A stretch of 64,000 nt of DNA, from positions 5,456,001 to 5,520,000 of the forward strand of contig NC_090404.1 of NCBI RefSeq assembly GCF_036365525.1. The letters are read 5' to 3'. The DNA comes from Heterodontus francisci. Its lineage: Eukaryota. This document shows, piece after piece, positions 1 through 11,608 of the stretch; position 1 is the stretch's first letter; each line of letters begins with the position of its first letter. The notes under the pieces are model-generated. The model was not told the DNA's origin and did not search any database. It was given only the letters and a program-made list of their open reading frames with translations. The translations under genes and the position numbers were made by a program.

Positions 1-7
1 CCACACC

Positions 8-22
8 AGCGCCCCCTAGCGG
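8..22 (-). promoter_or_regulatory. CTCF-like motif
   Basis: CCGCTAGGGGGCGCT. Confidence 0.6.
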
Positions 23-747
23 TAGCGCTATCTGCAACTGCAGCCTAAATTTAACCCGAAAATCCCCTCAATGGCTGACATTGCCGCCTCTATCCCAGCT
101 CGAACAGTCCCCCCGCTCCTTCCTGCCATTGCGCTTCTCGCGGTCGCTCCCCACTGCCTTCCCTTAGCCACTCGCTCCGGCCTTGCTGCTGCCCCCGGCC
201 TGCGGGCGCTCGCTCCCTGGTTCCCCCACAACCCTCCCCGATCTCTGCCACTTGCTCCAAGCAAGCCGATTCCTTCCTCTCAGTCGCCCTCTCACACCTT
301 CGATCGCTCCCCGCTGCAATGCCCGAAGAAGTATTTGACGTGCAAAAATTACGGATCAAGCAGACAGTTTGTGCGTATTCTTCAACCGATGAGAATTAGA
401 TTTCGCAGTAGACATTGGGACCCTGCAGCAGCCCATCCGGCGGTCCTGTGAGGTCGATTAAACCCTTGGCTATGTTTGTGCCAGACTGTGCTCTGGAAGT
501 CCCCTTTTGCCCTGAGTAGCCCTATCCCCGTCTCCCTGTCATTATCCCAAAAACCTGGAACGCGGCCTGTTCACAGGGTTTATTTGATCAGAGCGTATTG
601 CTGGCTCAGAGATTGTTTATACACAATAAACAGATTTCACAAGTTAGTGGCTGTGATCTTTCAAACAAACGCCAAGAACAGAGATCCTCCAAAGTCATTT
701 GTCTTTCCGAGTGTAGCTTCAATCTGTCACTGCAACTGGAAACTCTG

Positions 748-2571
748 CCAAAAAGAGTGAGGAAATTAAGAATATTGATATCAGTCCAGAAAGGTATTGG
801 AGAAACATGAAGGACTAATATCTGACAAGTCCCTGGGACCAGATGGCCTACATCCTAGGGTTCGAAAAGAGATAGCTACAGAGATAGTGGTTGCACTGGC
901 TGTGATTCTCCGGAATTCCTTCGATTCAGGAAGTTGGAAAATGTCACACGCCTTTCAAGAAAGGAGGTAGAGAGAAAACGGGTAACTACAGGCCAGTTAG
1001 CCTGACATCAGTCGTTGAGAAGATGCTGGAAACTATTTATTAAAGAATTCTTAACATTGCAGTTGGAAAAGCATAGTATGATTAGAACAGGTCAGCATGG
1101 TTTTACTGAAGGGAGGTCCAGTTTGACAAGTTAATTAGAGTTTTTGAGGATGTATCTAGTAGGGTAGATAAAGGGGAGCCAGTAGATATAGTATACTTGG
1201 ATTTTCAAAAGGCATTCGATAAGGTGCCACATAAAAGATTAATAAGCAAGATAAGCGTTTATGGTGTTGGGGGTAATATATCAGCGTGGATAGAGGATTG
1301 GTTAGCAGAAAGGAAACAGAGAGTGGGCATAAATGGGTCATTTTCAAGTTGGTAGGCAGTGAATAGTGGGGTGCCACTAGGATCAGTGCTCGGGCCACAG
1401 CTGTTTACACTCTATATTAATGAATTGGATAAAGAGACAGAGAGTAATGTTTGCTGATGACACAAAGCTCGGTGGAAAGGTAAGCTGCGGGGAGGATGTA
1501 GAGAGGCTGCAAAAAGATATAGACAGGGTAAGTGAGTGGGCAACAAGATGGCAAACGGAGTATAACGTGGGAAAGTGTGAAGTTGTTCACTTTGGTAGCA
1601 AAAATAGAAAAACAGAATATTTTTTAAACGTATAAAACTGGTAAGTGTTGATGTTCAGAGAGACTTGGGGGAACTCGTACAAGGAACGCACAAAGGTAAC
1701 ATACAGACACAGCAGGCTATTAGGAAGGCAAATGGCAAGTTGGCCTTTATTGCAAGGGGATTGGAGTACAGAAATAAGTTACAAGTCTTGCTAAAATTGT
1801 ACAGGGCTTTGGTGAGATCGCTCCTGCAATAATGTGTGCAGTTTTGGTCTCCACATTTAAGAAAGAATATACTTGCACCAGAGGCAGGGCAGCGGAGATT
1901 TACTAAATTGGTAATTAAAACAAACAATTCTGGAAATACTCGGCAGATCTGGTCGTCAATGAAATGTCACTGACCTGAAACGTTAACTCTGCTTCTCTCT
2001 CCACAGATGCTGCCAGACCTGCTGAGTATTTCCAGCATGTTTTTGTTTTTATTTCAGATTTCCAGCATCTGTCGTATTTTGTTTTTATTTTACTAAATTG
2101 GACCCTGGGGTGAGGGGGTTCTCCTTTGATGAGAGGCTGAATAAATTGGGCCGATATTCTCTGGGGTTTAGAAGAATGAGAGGTGATCTAATTGAGACAT
2201 ACAAGATTGTGAAAGGGCTTGATAGGGTAGAAGCTGAGCGATTGTTCCCAGTGGTCAGGGAATCTAAAACACGGGGACACAGTCTCAGGATAATGGGTCA
2301 ATCATTTAGGACTGAGATGAGGAGGAATTACTACACTCAAAGGGTTGTGAATCTTTGGAATTCTCTCCACAAGAGGGTTCTGGATGCTCCATTACTGAAT
2401 ACTTCTAAGGCTGGGATCGATAGAGTTTTGATCTCGCATGGAATCAAGGGAAATGCGGTGTGGGCAGGAAAGTAAATTTGAAGCCCAAGATCAGCCATGA
2501 TCGTATTGAGTGGCGAAGCAGGTTCGATGGACCATGTGGTCTACTTCTGCTCCTATTTTTTGTGTTCTTGT
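748..2571 (+). mobile_element. 5'-truncated CR1-type LINE (ORF2 RT and 3' end), degraded
   Basis: RT motifs (MFADDTKLGG, RRMRGDLIETYKI) and a CR1-type 3' end. The paralogous cassette shows the empty site at ~29382 (ctggaaactctg|aatattac). Confidence 0.9.
1912..2088. mobile_element. Penelope-like element terminal fragment nested in the CR1
   Basis: Flanked by a 13-bp direct repeat (tttactaaattgg at 1899-1911 and 2089-2101). Has an internal inverted repeat and matches the ends of the PLE copies at 16.6 kb and 28.7 kb. Confidence 0.7.
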
Positions 2572-3327
2572 AATATTACCGATCTGGAAATCTATCATTA
2601 CTGAATTGATAAAACATTTTAAACACAAACCACTGTCGGAGAGGGCGCAGGAAGCATTTGTTTAAATGACAGGGAGAGTTCATTCTTTGCGTATATAGTG
2701 GATATCTACCTGGATATTGACAATGTCACTGGACTGGCTCATATTGTAACCTGACCCTCAGTTGCTGGACTGAGGGAAGCTACCGGGTCTGAGGCTCCGT
2801 CCTTCAATTCAGATGTTTAACTGAGGCCCCGCCAGCCCGTTCAGGGAGATGTTAAAGAATCCCCGGCACTATAGGAATAAGAGCGGGAAGGGAGGATTCT
2901 CCCGGTGTCCTGGGCCCACATTCCACCCTCAACAAACACCACCCAACAGAAACACATGCACCGACCTCCCAGCTCATTACTGTGGGTGAAAGGAGGACGG
3001 CAGCCTCTGCTGACAGAACAACTCCCCCAGCCCCACCCCCTGTACATCAGACTAATGTGGGAGGGAATTTCACATCGAGTTCATAGACCCAATGAAGCGA
3101 GAGAAAACTGCAAGTAACCTTTTTAAACCTGTCTCTCATTCACACAGCACACAGCCAGCCACCCGGGAACCGTGCGGCCCATCAAAGATCTCCGGAACAC
3201 TGCCCTCTGCAAATCGATCCCCCTGAAGTATTTCAGTCCAGCTCTGAGGTCCAGTCTCCCAGAGCAGTCCAGGACTGCAGTCTCCAGCTCCCCGTCATAT
3301 AAACCATCAGCTCCAGGCAGCAGAACG

Positions 3328-3800
3328 ATGGGAATCCTCCTTGTTTTCACCCTGTGTGTCTGTTTACCCCGTGAGTACCGATCAAACAAACCGACATTGT
3401 GTGGATTTAATATAAAACTGCCCGAGTCCATCCGAATTACAGTCACTTTCTGGGGTTTTAGCCCCGTTATGTGGTTCGGCTCTGATGGCCCATTAAACTC
3501 TCTCTGTTTAATTTCCAGGCTCTTTCAGTCAGTCAGTGACACAGACCCCGGCAGCGGTGACCAGGAAGGAGTGTCAGTCTCTCACCATCAACTGTGTTTT
3601 CTCTGGTGCTTCATGGGATTATTTCCAAAATGGACATTTCTTCAGACAAACCCAGACCAGCACAGAGCAGGAGCGGATCTCCAGCGGAGGACGATTTGAT
3701 GTGTCTGTGAATAAGGCAAAAAATACATTTTCGCTAGAAATTCTGGATATGAGAGTTGAAGACACCGCCACCTATTACTGTAAAGCTGAGTACAAAGACA
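3328..3800 (+). CDS. NAR-TCR V segment (IgNAR-like V), cassette 1; leader exon 3328-3370, V exon 3519-3800
   Basis: Leader MGILLVFTLCVCLP and a GT..AG phase-1 intron. V reads SVTQTPAAVTRKECQSLTINC...ISSGGRFDVSVNKAKNTFSLEILDMRVEDTATYYCKA: VNAR-like, with C'/C'' (CDR2) deleted and an extra Cys in the A-B loop. Confidence 0.92.
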
Positions 3801-3838
3801 CACAGTGATGGGCCTTGGCTTCCCGCGGTACAAAATCT
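3801..3838 (+). other. RSS of NAR-TCR V (22-bp spacer, 23-type)
   Basis: CACAGTG-22-ACAAAATCT. Confidence 0.9.
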
Positions 3839-4153
3839 CTCACTGCAGATTATCACAGAAACAAATTATTAAAAAGCGGATTGAATCTGCCGTCAAGCCC
3901 CACAGTTCCGTGTCGCACCGTCAGACCACAATCTAGTTTATAATGAGATTGGCATTTTCCAGGTAACATCTGGAGTTATATTAATGCAGAATGTGTGCAG
4001 ATGATGCCGCCATTGCCGGGATTGGTGTCAGTGAATGGTAATTGGGAATGACTGATCACAGTTACAAATCCCTAACACCAGATGGGATCCTGTTCTAACA
4101 GCTGGAACCGGGAACCCTTTAACAATTGTCCCCACATCTCGCCAAGTACAGGG

Positions 4154-4223
4154 GGATTTGATGCTGACTTGAAGCACAGTGTTTATTGGGCTGGCCACAG
4201 TGGGAGAGACCTGAGCAAATACC
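4154..4223 (+). other. NAR-TCR D segment (4182-4195, TTTATTGGGCTGGC) flanked by 12/12 RSSs
   Basis: GGATTTGAT-12-CACAGTG [D] CACAGTG-12-GCAAATACC. Confidence 0.88.
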
Positions 4224-4547
4224 TCTATACAATTGAAATAGAAATTCCCAGGGCTCGGATGCTAAATTGCAGGTTTGATGTTATTATCGCTGTAATATGG
4301 TTTCATTTTATTGTAATTTTCTCCTTTCTATTATCTTTCTCTGAAATTTTTCTCAATTTCTATGAAGCGTCCATCTCTGGCCCGTGTTTCTGGGCCATTT
4401 TACCAAGAGCTCAGAGTCTCACAAAGAACAGTTGGTATCGACAGGGAATATGAAACATGGAATATTGTTTATTAGTCTCAAATCCCTCGAATAATTGGGC
4501 AGCACCGACTGTCTGGTGATGTGTAACCAGCAGATTGAGGTGTCGGT

Positions 4548-4639
4548 AGTTCTTGCACAGGGATGACTGAGAGCGGTATCACTGTGTTCCAAGATTAAAT
4601 ACGTGGATGGATCCGGGACAGTGGTGACTGTCACAGCGG
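4548..4639 (+). other. NAR-TCR J segment (4587-4639) with 5' 23-RSS
   Basis: AGTTCTTGC-23-CACTGTG, then SKIKYVDGSGTVVTVTA (NAR-type xGxGT motif without W/F) and a phase-1 donor GTAAGT at 4640. Confidence 0.9.
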
Positions 4640-5329
4640 GTAAGTGACTGCAAACCCTGCCGTGCAGCTGACTGTCAGACTGAATGTTCACCCTCAGTTT
4701 ATTATTGCGAACAATATCACCTCAATCTCTTGAAAATAAAACAGAGCAGTTTCCTCATGGACATTTTCCACTGCAGTTTTAGATTCAGGGCAGACTATGA
4801 ACCGTGAGTCGGGTGCAGGTTTGGGTCTGGAGACATGAGGAGAAATTCCCACAGAGAAGGCAGTCTGTGGGGTGCGGACCTCATCTGGACCATCGCAGGT
4901 TTAGCGTGGACTTCGGAGGATCCCCAAAACATCCCAAACTCTTTCTCACTCTGATCCACAGTTGATTTCAATGAGTGCAGATTGTCGAGACTCCGGCCTC
5001 CGCTCACCCTCTTCACTGTGACTGAGTAAACTCTGCCTGTCCCTGTGAGCATGGGAGAGGGTGACAGAATATTCCATTCCGGGATGGGCAGTGTGAATGT
5101 GGTATCGGGAAACTGAGCCCACCACTGCAGCGGCTCCTTTGACACTTGCAGCCACATGTCTGATGCCGTCAGTTAAATAGGGGACATAGTATATTCCCAA
5201 TGCTAATTTAGCAAGTTTGAAAAGCTAAGTCAAGGCTGTAGAGCTGAGTACCGATTTGGGTGAAATCCAGCAGTTTGAGTCAGGAAGTGATGGATGGATT
5301 AATGAGAGTAATAGGCCCTGGACGACTAA

Positions 5330-8300
5330 GGCCAGATCAGGGAAAAATAGGAAAACACTAAAATGAAAGACGTTACATCTGAATGCACGAAGCAATTGTA
5401 AGACGACAGATTGATTAATGGCATAAATACAGATCAATGTAATTGATCTAGGAGGATTACTAAGACATGGATACAGAATGACAAAAGTTCGGAACTAAAT
5501 ATACAAGAGTACTTGACTTTTGGGGAAAAAACTAGGCAAAATGAAAAAGACAACGGGTAGGCCGGATAATAAAGGATGAGATAAAGGCAGTATTGAGAAA
5601 GGATCTAACACCAAAAAGTCAGGATCTAAAATCTGTATGGTGCAGCTAGGAAATAACAAAGCGCAGAAAATATCAGCACATTTAAAGTAATCATGTTGTT
5701 AGAGAGAGTATAAATCAGGAAGTTAGAAGAGCATGTACCATGATGAATACAATAATCATGGGGGCCTGTAATCTCTATGTAGAATGAGCAAAGTAAATTG
5801 ACAAAAGTAGATGGGAGAATAAGTTTCAAGACTGCATTCGAGACACCTTTCTCGAACAATATGTTGCGGAAAGTAACTTTGAAATTGACTATCTCAGATC
5901 TAGTGCTTTGACACGAGACTGTATCAATTCATTATCTGAAAGTAAAGGATATTCTGGGGAAGAGTGATCATAAGATGATAGCTGTCATCTTCAATTTGCG
6001 CGTAATGTGGTCAAGCCCGAAACTGGGTTCTTATTTTTAAAGGCCAATTACGGAGTTATGAAGGAAGTGCAGGGTGAGCTAGATTGGAAGTCCAGATTAA
6101 AATCTATAATGTTCGATGAACAATTGTAAACAATTAAATAAATAATTTACAATTCTCAACGAACATACATTCCATTGCGGAATGGACAACTCCATTGGAA
6201 AAATGGTATAGCCATGTATAGTTAGAGAAGTTAAAGATCGTGTAACATTCAAATGAGAACCTTACAATGTTGTCAGAGTAGTAAACCTGAAAATTAGGAG
6301 GCTTTTAAAAATCAGCAAAGAATGACCACAAAATGATGAAGAGGGAGTAAATGAAATATGACAGTAAACTAGCATGAAAAATGAAAACAGATTGTAAGAA
6401 CCTTTGCAATTTTGTTAAAAGGAAGAGAGCAGTGAAAGTAAACGTGGGCTCTTAGAAGCAGAGACAGGAAAAATCTCTTTCGATATTTTGTGTCTGCATT
6501 TACAGTAGAGGACATAAAGAACATAATGGAAATTGTGGAGAACCAAGTGAAGAAGTTAAAGCATTTAATATTAATAACAAAGACGCTGAATAAATTAATG
6601 GGGCTAGAAGCTACACATCTCCTAGAACTGATTGCCTAGTCCGAGGGTCTCAAAAGGGCGAATGAAATTATTGGTTTGATCTCAGAATTCTCTCGATTCT
6701 GGAACGGTGGATTGGAACTGAGAAAAAGTTATCCCGTTGCTCCAGAAAAGAGAGACAGAGACAACAGAGACATATAGGCCAGCTACCATCAGTAATATCC
6801 CAAATAATAACAAAAATGGGAGATGGTAATAGGACAACCGGAAAATCATAATAAAATTATGCAGAATCAACATGGCTTTATGAACAAGAAATGATACTTG
6901 AGAAATCTATTCGTCTTTTTTGAGGTTTCACTAGAAGGGTAGTTAAAAACGAACCAGTGGATGAAGTATATTTGGATTTTCAGAAGGCATTCGATAAGGT
7001 GCCACACAGCAGGCTGTTACACAGGAGTAGAGCTCATGGGATTAGGAGTATTATAATAGCATAGATTTAGGATTTGTTCAGTGACAGGAAACAGAGAGTA
7101 GGAATAAATAGACCATTTTGGGGATAACAGGGTGTAACTAGTAACATACGATCGGAGTTTGAGCCTTAGTTATTTCCAATCTATACCAATGACTTCGATG
7201 AGGGACCCAATATAGTATATCCAAGTTTGCTGATCATATAAAGCTAGGTGGGAAAATAAGTTGTGAGGAGGGTGCAAGCGTGCTGCAAAGAGACAAAGAT
7301 AGGTTAAGTGACTGGGAAAGAAAGTGGCAGAAGGAGGATATTGCGGGAAAGTGTGACATTATTACATACATAGGCTTACATAGTTTATGCGTGGGTTTCC
7401 TCCGGGTGCTCCGGTTTCCTCCCACAAGCCAAAAGACTTGCAGGTTGGTAGGTAAATTGGCCATTATAAATTGTCCCTAGTATAGGTAGGTGGTAGGGGA
7501 ATATAGGGACAGGTGGGGATGTGGTAGGAATATGGGATTAGTGTAGGATTAGTATAAATGGGTGGTTGATGGTCGGCACAGACTCGGTGGGCCGAAGGGC
7601 CTGTTTCAGTGCTGTATCTCTAAACTAAACAAGAAGCAGGCCTTTCGGCCCAAATAGTTCATGTTGGTGCTCATGCTTCACTCAAGCCTCCTCCCATCTT
7701 TCACCATCTAATCTATCATCGTAACTGGCAAATCCCGTCTTCCCCATATGCTTATCTAGCTTCCTGTAAATGCATCTATACTATTCACTTCAACCACGCC
7801 CCATGGTAGCAATTTCCACATTCTCCCCATTATCTGAGTAAAGAAGCATCTTCTGAATTGCCTATTGGATTTATTGGTGACTATCTTTTACCGATGGCCT
7901 CTAGTTATTCTTCTGCCCACAAGTGGAAACATTCTCTACTTTATGAAAACTTCCATAATTTTGAAGACCTCCATTAGTTCATCCCTCAACCTTCTTTATT
8001 GAAGAGCAATAAGACACAGCCTCTTCATCCTTTTCTGATATGTCGACCCACGCATTTCTGTTATCTTGTAAATTTTCTCCGCACCCTTTCCAGTGCCTCC
8101 GAATCCTTTTTATAATAAGACGACCTGAACTGCATGCATTACTCTTAGTGTGGTCTAATCAAGGTTCGATACAAGTTCATCAAAGCTTCCCTACTTTTCA
8201 ATTATATTTCTCTAAAAATAAAGCCTATTGCCTTGTTTGCTTTTTTACGGCCTTGCTAAACTATCGCTTAACTTTTAGCAATTGGTGCATTTGTACTCCG

Positions 8301-9075
8301 AGATCCCTTTGTTCCTCTACCCCACCGGGACTCGCACCTTCCAAGTGATTAGTGACCTCCTACCAAAAAGTATCATCTCACATTTATCTGTGTTGAATAT
8401 TATTTGCCAATTATTTGCCCATTCTGCAAGGTCATTAATGTCTTCCTGTAATTTGTTGCAGTCCTCCTCAGTATTGACTACCACCCATCCTCCCAGCACA
8501 GCAACAACACCCCCCCCTCCCCCCACCACCGTCAGCCCCACCTCCACCACCCCAGCACCCAAAATTTTCTGTAATCCACACATTTAAAAATTGATGTTTT
8601 GATTCTGAAGTTCAAATCGTTAATATAAATTGTGAACAGCAGTGGTCCCAGCTCTAATCCTTGGAGAAAAACAATTCCCAGCGTCTGACATTCTGATTAA
8701 CTATCCTTTTACTCCTGCTAAAGTTGTTTGCCAGGGTACAGTTGGAGAAAATGTTTTCAGTTATCAGCTGGCCGATAACAAAGAGCCATAAATGTAAGAT
8801 ATTAATTTACTGAACAAATAAAGACATTAGGAAGAATTTATTTACACAAATAGAAGTCAGGACGTGGAACTCGCTGTCACAGTGAGTAGTTGGAGAATAT
8901 GGCCTTGATGTACTTTAGGGGAGGCTTGTAAAATATATCAGGGAGAAAGGAATAAAGGGACAAAGAGGTCAGGATGGGAAAAGGTTATTAAAGTGTGAGG
9001 TGGCTCCTGTGGAGTATAAAATCAGACATAGGCCAGTTGAGCCGAAAGGCCTGTTCCTATTCTGCAGAGTCTGTA
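5330..9075. mobile_element. Cluster of old CR1 ORF2 fragments (+ 5330-7375; - 7630-8700; + 8720-9075) in the J-to-supporting-V intron
   Basis: Degenerate endonuclease and RT motifs (e.g. FQKAFDKVPH, EEDCNKLQEDINDLAEWANNWQ). Confidence 0.8.
7388..7630 (+). mobile_element. HE1-like shark SINE, 5'-truncated
   Basis: Same body and tail (gggcctgtttcagtgctgtatctctaaactaaac) as the full copy at 19472. Confidence 0.8.
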
Positions 9076-10029
9076 CAATATTAAAATGAGAGAAACTCTG
9101 CTTTGTGAACAGGATAACTACTCAGCCAATGGGTGTACGAATTGAAAATATCAGACAGCCGGAAGAGCTAGTTCCCAGTGAGTAACAGTTAAACCACTGC
9201 GGAAACTGCACAGACTGAACCCAACCGACAACTGAGAGAGTTTGGGACAAGTTCTCACGATGACAAAAACCGCAAACAATTGAGTGACCCAGATTTAGAA
9301 GTAAAATGAAAATACCAATATGAACTCGCAAGTAAAGGGAAACGGGACAAAACAGTACCCTTATTGTGAAAAACGCAAACAAATAGAGCTTCAGGGAGAC
9401 AAAAACTCTGTTGAAGAGTGAAACTACAATTAAATTCTGATCTCCTTAAATACAGATGTTAAGCATCACTTGGCTCCACCATGTTCATGAATCTCACTGC
9501 TTTCTGTTGGATCTTGCTGTGCTCAGTTAAACATAACAAAACTGGGCGACGATCGATCAAACATTGTGAATGGTGATTGTCTCCGTGAGGCCGAGAATAT
9601 TCTATTGACTGTTTCGACTGTCTGTCTTTCACAAAGAAATTAGAAACAGAAATGTCATAGAAACTTGAGTCTGATAGAGCACAGAATGAAGTCATTCGGT
9701 CCATCTTTCCCGTGCCGGCTCTGTGAAAGAGATAGTCAAATAGTTCCATTGCCCTGCTCGTTCCCCATAGCCCTGATAATTCTTCCATCTCCATTAACAA
9801 TCCAATTCCCTATTATTGAATCCGCTTCCACTGCCTTTCCAGGCAGCGCATTCCGGGTCATAACAGCACTCTGTGTGAATAATCTTCCCAGTAAAAATTA
9901 AGAAAGTTCGAACGGACTTCAAATGAAGAACAGCATTACCGCGGAAGGCGGTGCCCTGTCTGTGATTGACAAGTGTCTCCGGGTAAACAGCAACTAACAA
10001 CATAATAATATCATCTTTTCATTCTGCAG

Positions 10030-10335
10030 ATTCCAGTTCCCTGGTCTCCCAGAGTCCGCTTCGACAAACCGCTGCTGCCGGGGACACTGCTACTTTCAGC
10101 TGCAAATATTCCGGGATCTGTCAGTACACAGTAAACTGGTACAGTCAGTCCACAGGGCAGACTCCGAAATACCTGCTTCAAGTACTCAACTCAGGAGCGC
10201 AGAATAAAAAGACTGCAGCCGGGGGACGAATTTCTGCTTCTATCGATCCTGCCGAGAAAATCAGCCGGTTAGAAATCTCCAAATTACAACTGAGCGACTC
10301 CGCTGTGTATTACTGTGCACTGAGTCGGCGCATAG
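10030..10335 (+). CDS. Leaderless supporting TCR-delta V exon of NAR-TCR cassette 1
   Basis: Acceptor ttctgcag is in frame with the J donor (G|AT = Asp). V reads DSSSLVSQSP...FSCKYSGICQYTVNWYSQ...LSDSAVYYCALSRRI, with an extra Cys in CDR1. No hydrophobic leader exon was found upstream. Confidence 0.9.
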
Positions 10336-10693
10336 CACAGTGATACAGAGCACGGAGAGAGCTGTACAAAAACCTGAACATGGTGTGGATTACAGTCACA
10401 GTGATACAGAGCACGGAGAGAGCTGTACAAAAACCTGAACATGGTGGGGTTCACGGACATGGCACAGTGATACAGAGCACGGAAAGAGCTGTACAAAAAC
10501 CTGAACATGATGGGAATTACAGACACACAGTGATACAGAGCACGGAAAGAGCTGTACAAAAACCTGAACATGGTGGGGTTCACGGACATGGCACAATGAT
10601 ACAGAGCACGGAAAGAGATGTACAAAAACCTGAACATGTTGGCAATTACAGACAAACAGCGACACCGAGCAGGGAGGGAGCTGTACAAAAACC
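10336..10693 (+). repeat. Tandem array of six 23-RSSs
   Basis: Heptamers at 10336, 10397, 10463 and 10526 (CACAGTG), 10592 (CACAATG) and 10655 (AACAGCG). Each is followed by a 23-bp spacer and ACAAAAACC; periods are 61/66/63/66/63. Confidence 0.95.
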
Positions 10694-10724
10694 TGAACGT
10701 ACCAACAATAAATTCATGGCTGAA

Positions 10725-11500
10725 CTGTTTGCTCCACATTCCCTCCTATCCGCGATAACTTTCCACCCCTTCCTTATCAAGAATCGATCTACCTCTGCCT
10801 TAAAAATATTCAAAGACTCTGTTTCCACCGTCTTTTGAGAAAGAGAATTCCAAAGACTCACACCCTCTGAGAGAGAAAAAATTCCTCATCTCTGTCTGAA
10901 ATGGGTGTTCCTTTATTTTTAAACAGTGAACCCTAGTTCTAGATTCTCTCACAAGAGGACACATCCTTTCCACATCCACCCTGTCAAGACCCTTCAGGAT
11001 CTTATATGTTTCAATCAAGTCGCCTCTTACTCTTCTAAATTCCTGCGGATACAAGCCTAGCCTGTCCAATCTTTCCTTGTAATACACACATTCCAGGTGT
11101 TATTCTCTGTACTGCCTCCAACGCATTTACACCCTTCCTTAAATAAGGAACAATACTCCAGATGTGGTCTCACCAATGCCCTCTATAGATGAAAAATAAC
11201 CTCCCTACTTTATCATTCAATTCTCCTCACAATAAATGATAACATTCCATTCGCTTTCCGAATTACTTGCTGTACCTGCATACTAACCTTTTCTGATTCA
11301 TGCACTAGGACACCCAGATCCCTCTGCATCTCAGAGCTCTGCAATCACTCACCATTTAGATAATATGCTTCTTTTTTAATCTTCCACCCATAGTGGACAA
11401 TTCCACACTTGCCCACTTTATACTCCATTTGCCAGGACTTTGCCCACTCACTTAACCTATCTATATCCCTTTGTAGCCCCCCCTGTGTCCTCTTCACAAG
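10725..11500 (-). mobile_element. CR1 LINE 3' fragment
   Basis: ORF 10800-11087 reads RRVRGDLIETYKILKGLDRV. Confidence 0.85.
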
Positions 11501-11608
11501 ATAATCCAGAGATTATTGCCTTTGAGGTTCTACTTTTTTAATTTAGCCCGAGCTGCTCATGATCCCGAAACAGAAACTCTTTCCTGATCCTACCTATGTT
11601 ATGGGAAC

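Noticed and set aside
28-810. Short GC-rich ORFs at the window start
   Set aside because: No recognisable domain or exon structure.
4795-5200. ORFs conserved in both arms, and a lone CACTGTG near 5014
   Set aside because: Conservation reflects the recent duplication; there is no recognisable domain and no nonamer at 12 or 23 bp.
9923-9990. Possible leader exon for the supporting V (MKNSITAEGGALSVIDKCLR)
   Set aside because: Not hydrophobic, and the implied intron would be under 50 nt.
10336-10693. CRISPR-like appearance (repeat plus variable spacer)
   Set aside because: Vertebrate locus with no cas genes; the repeat is an exact RSS and the linkers are related to each other.
10380-10838. 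Repetitive ORF (TVIQSTERAVQKPEH)n read as a protein or CDR3 extension
   Set aside because: It arises from the 63/66-bp periods. The V frame stops in the first RSS, and no splice or start context was found.
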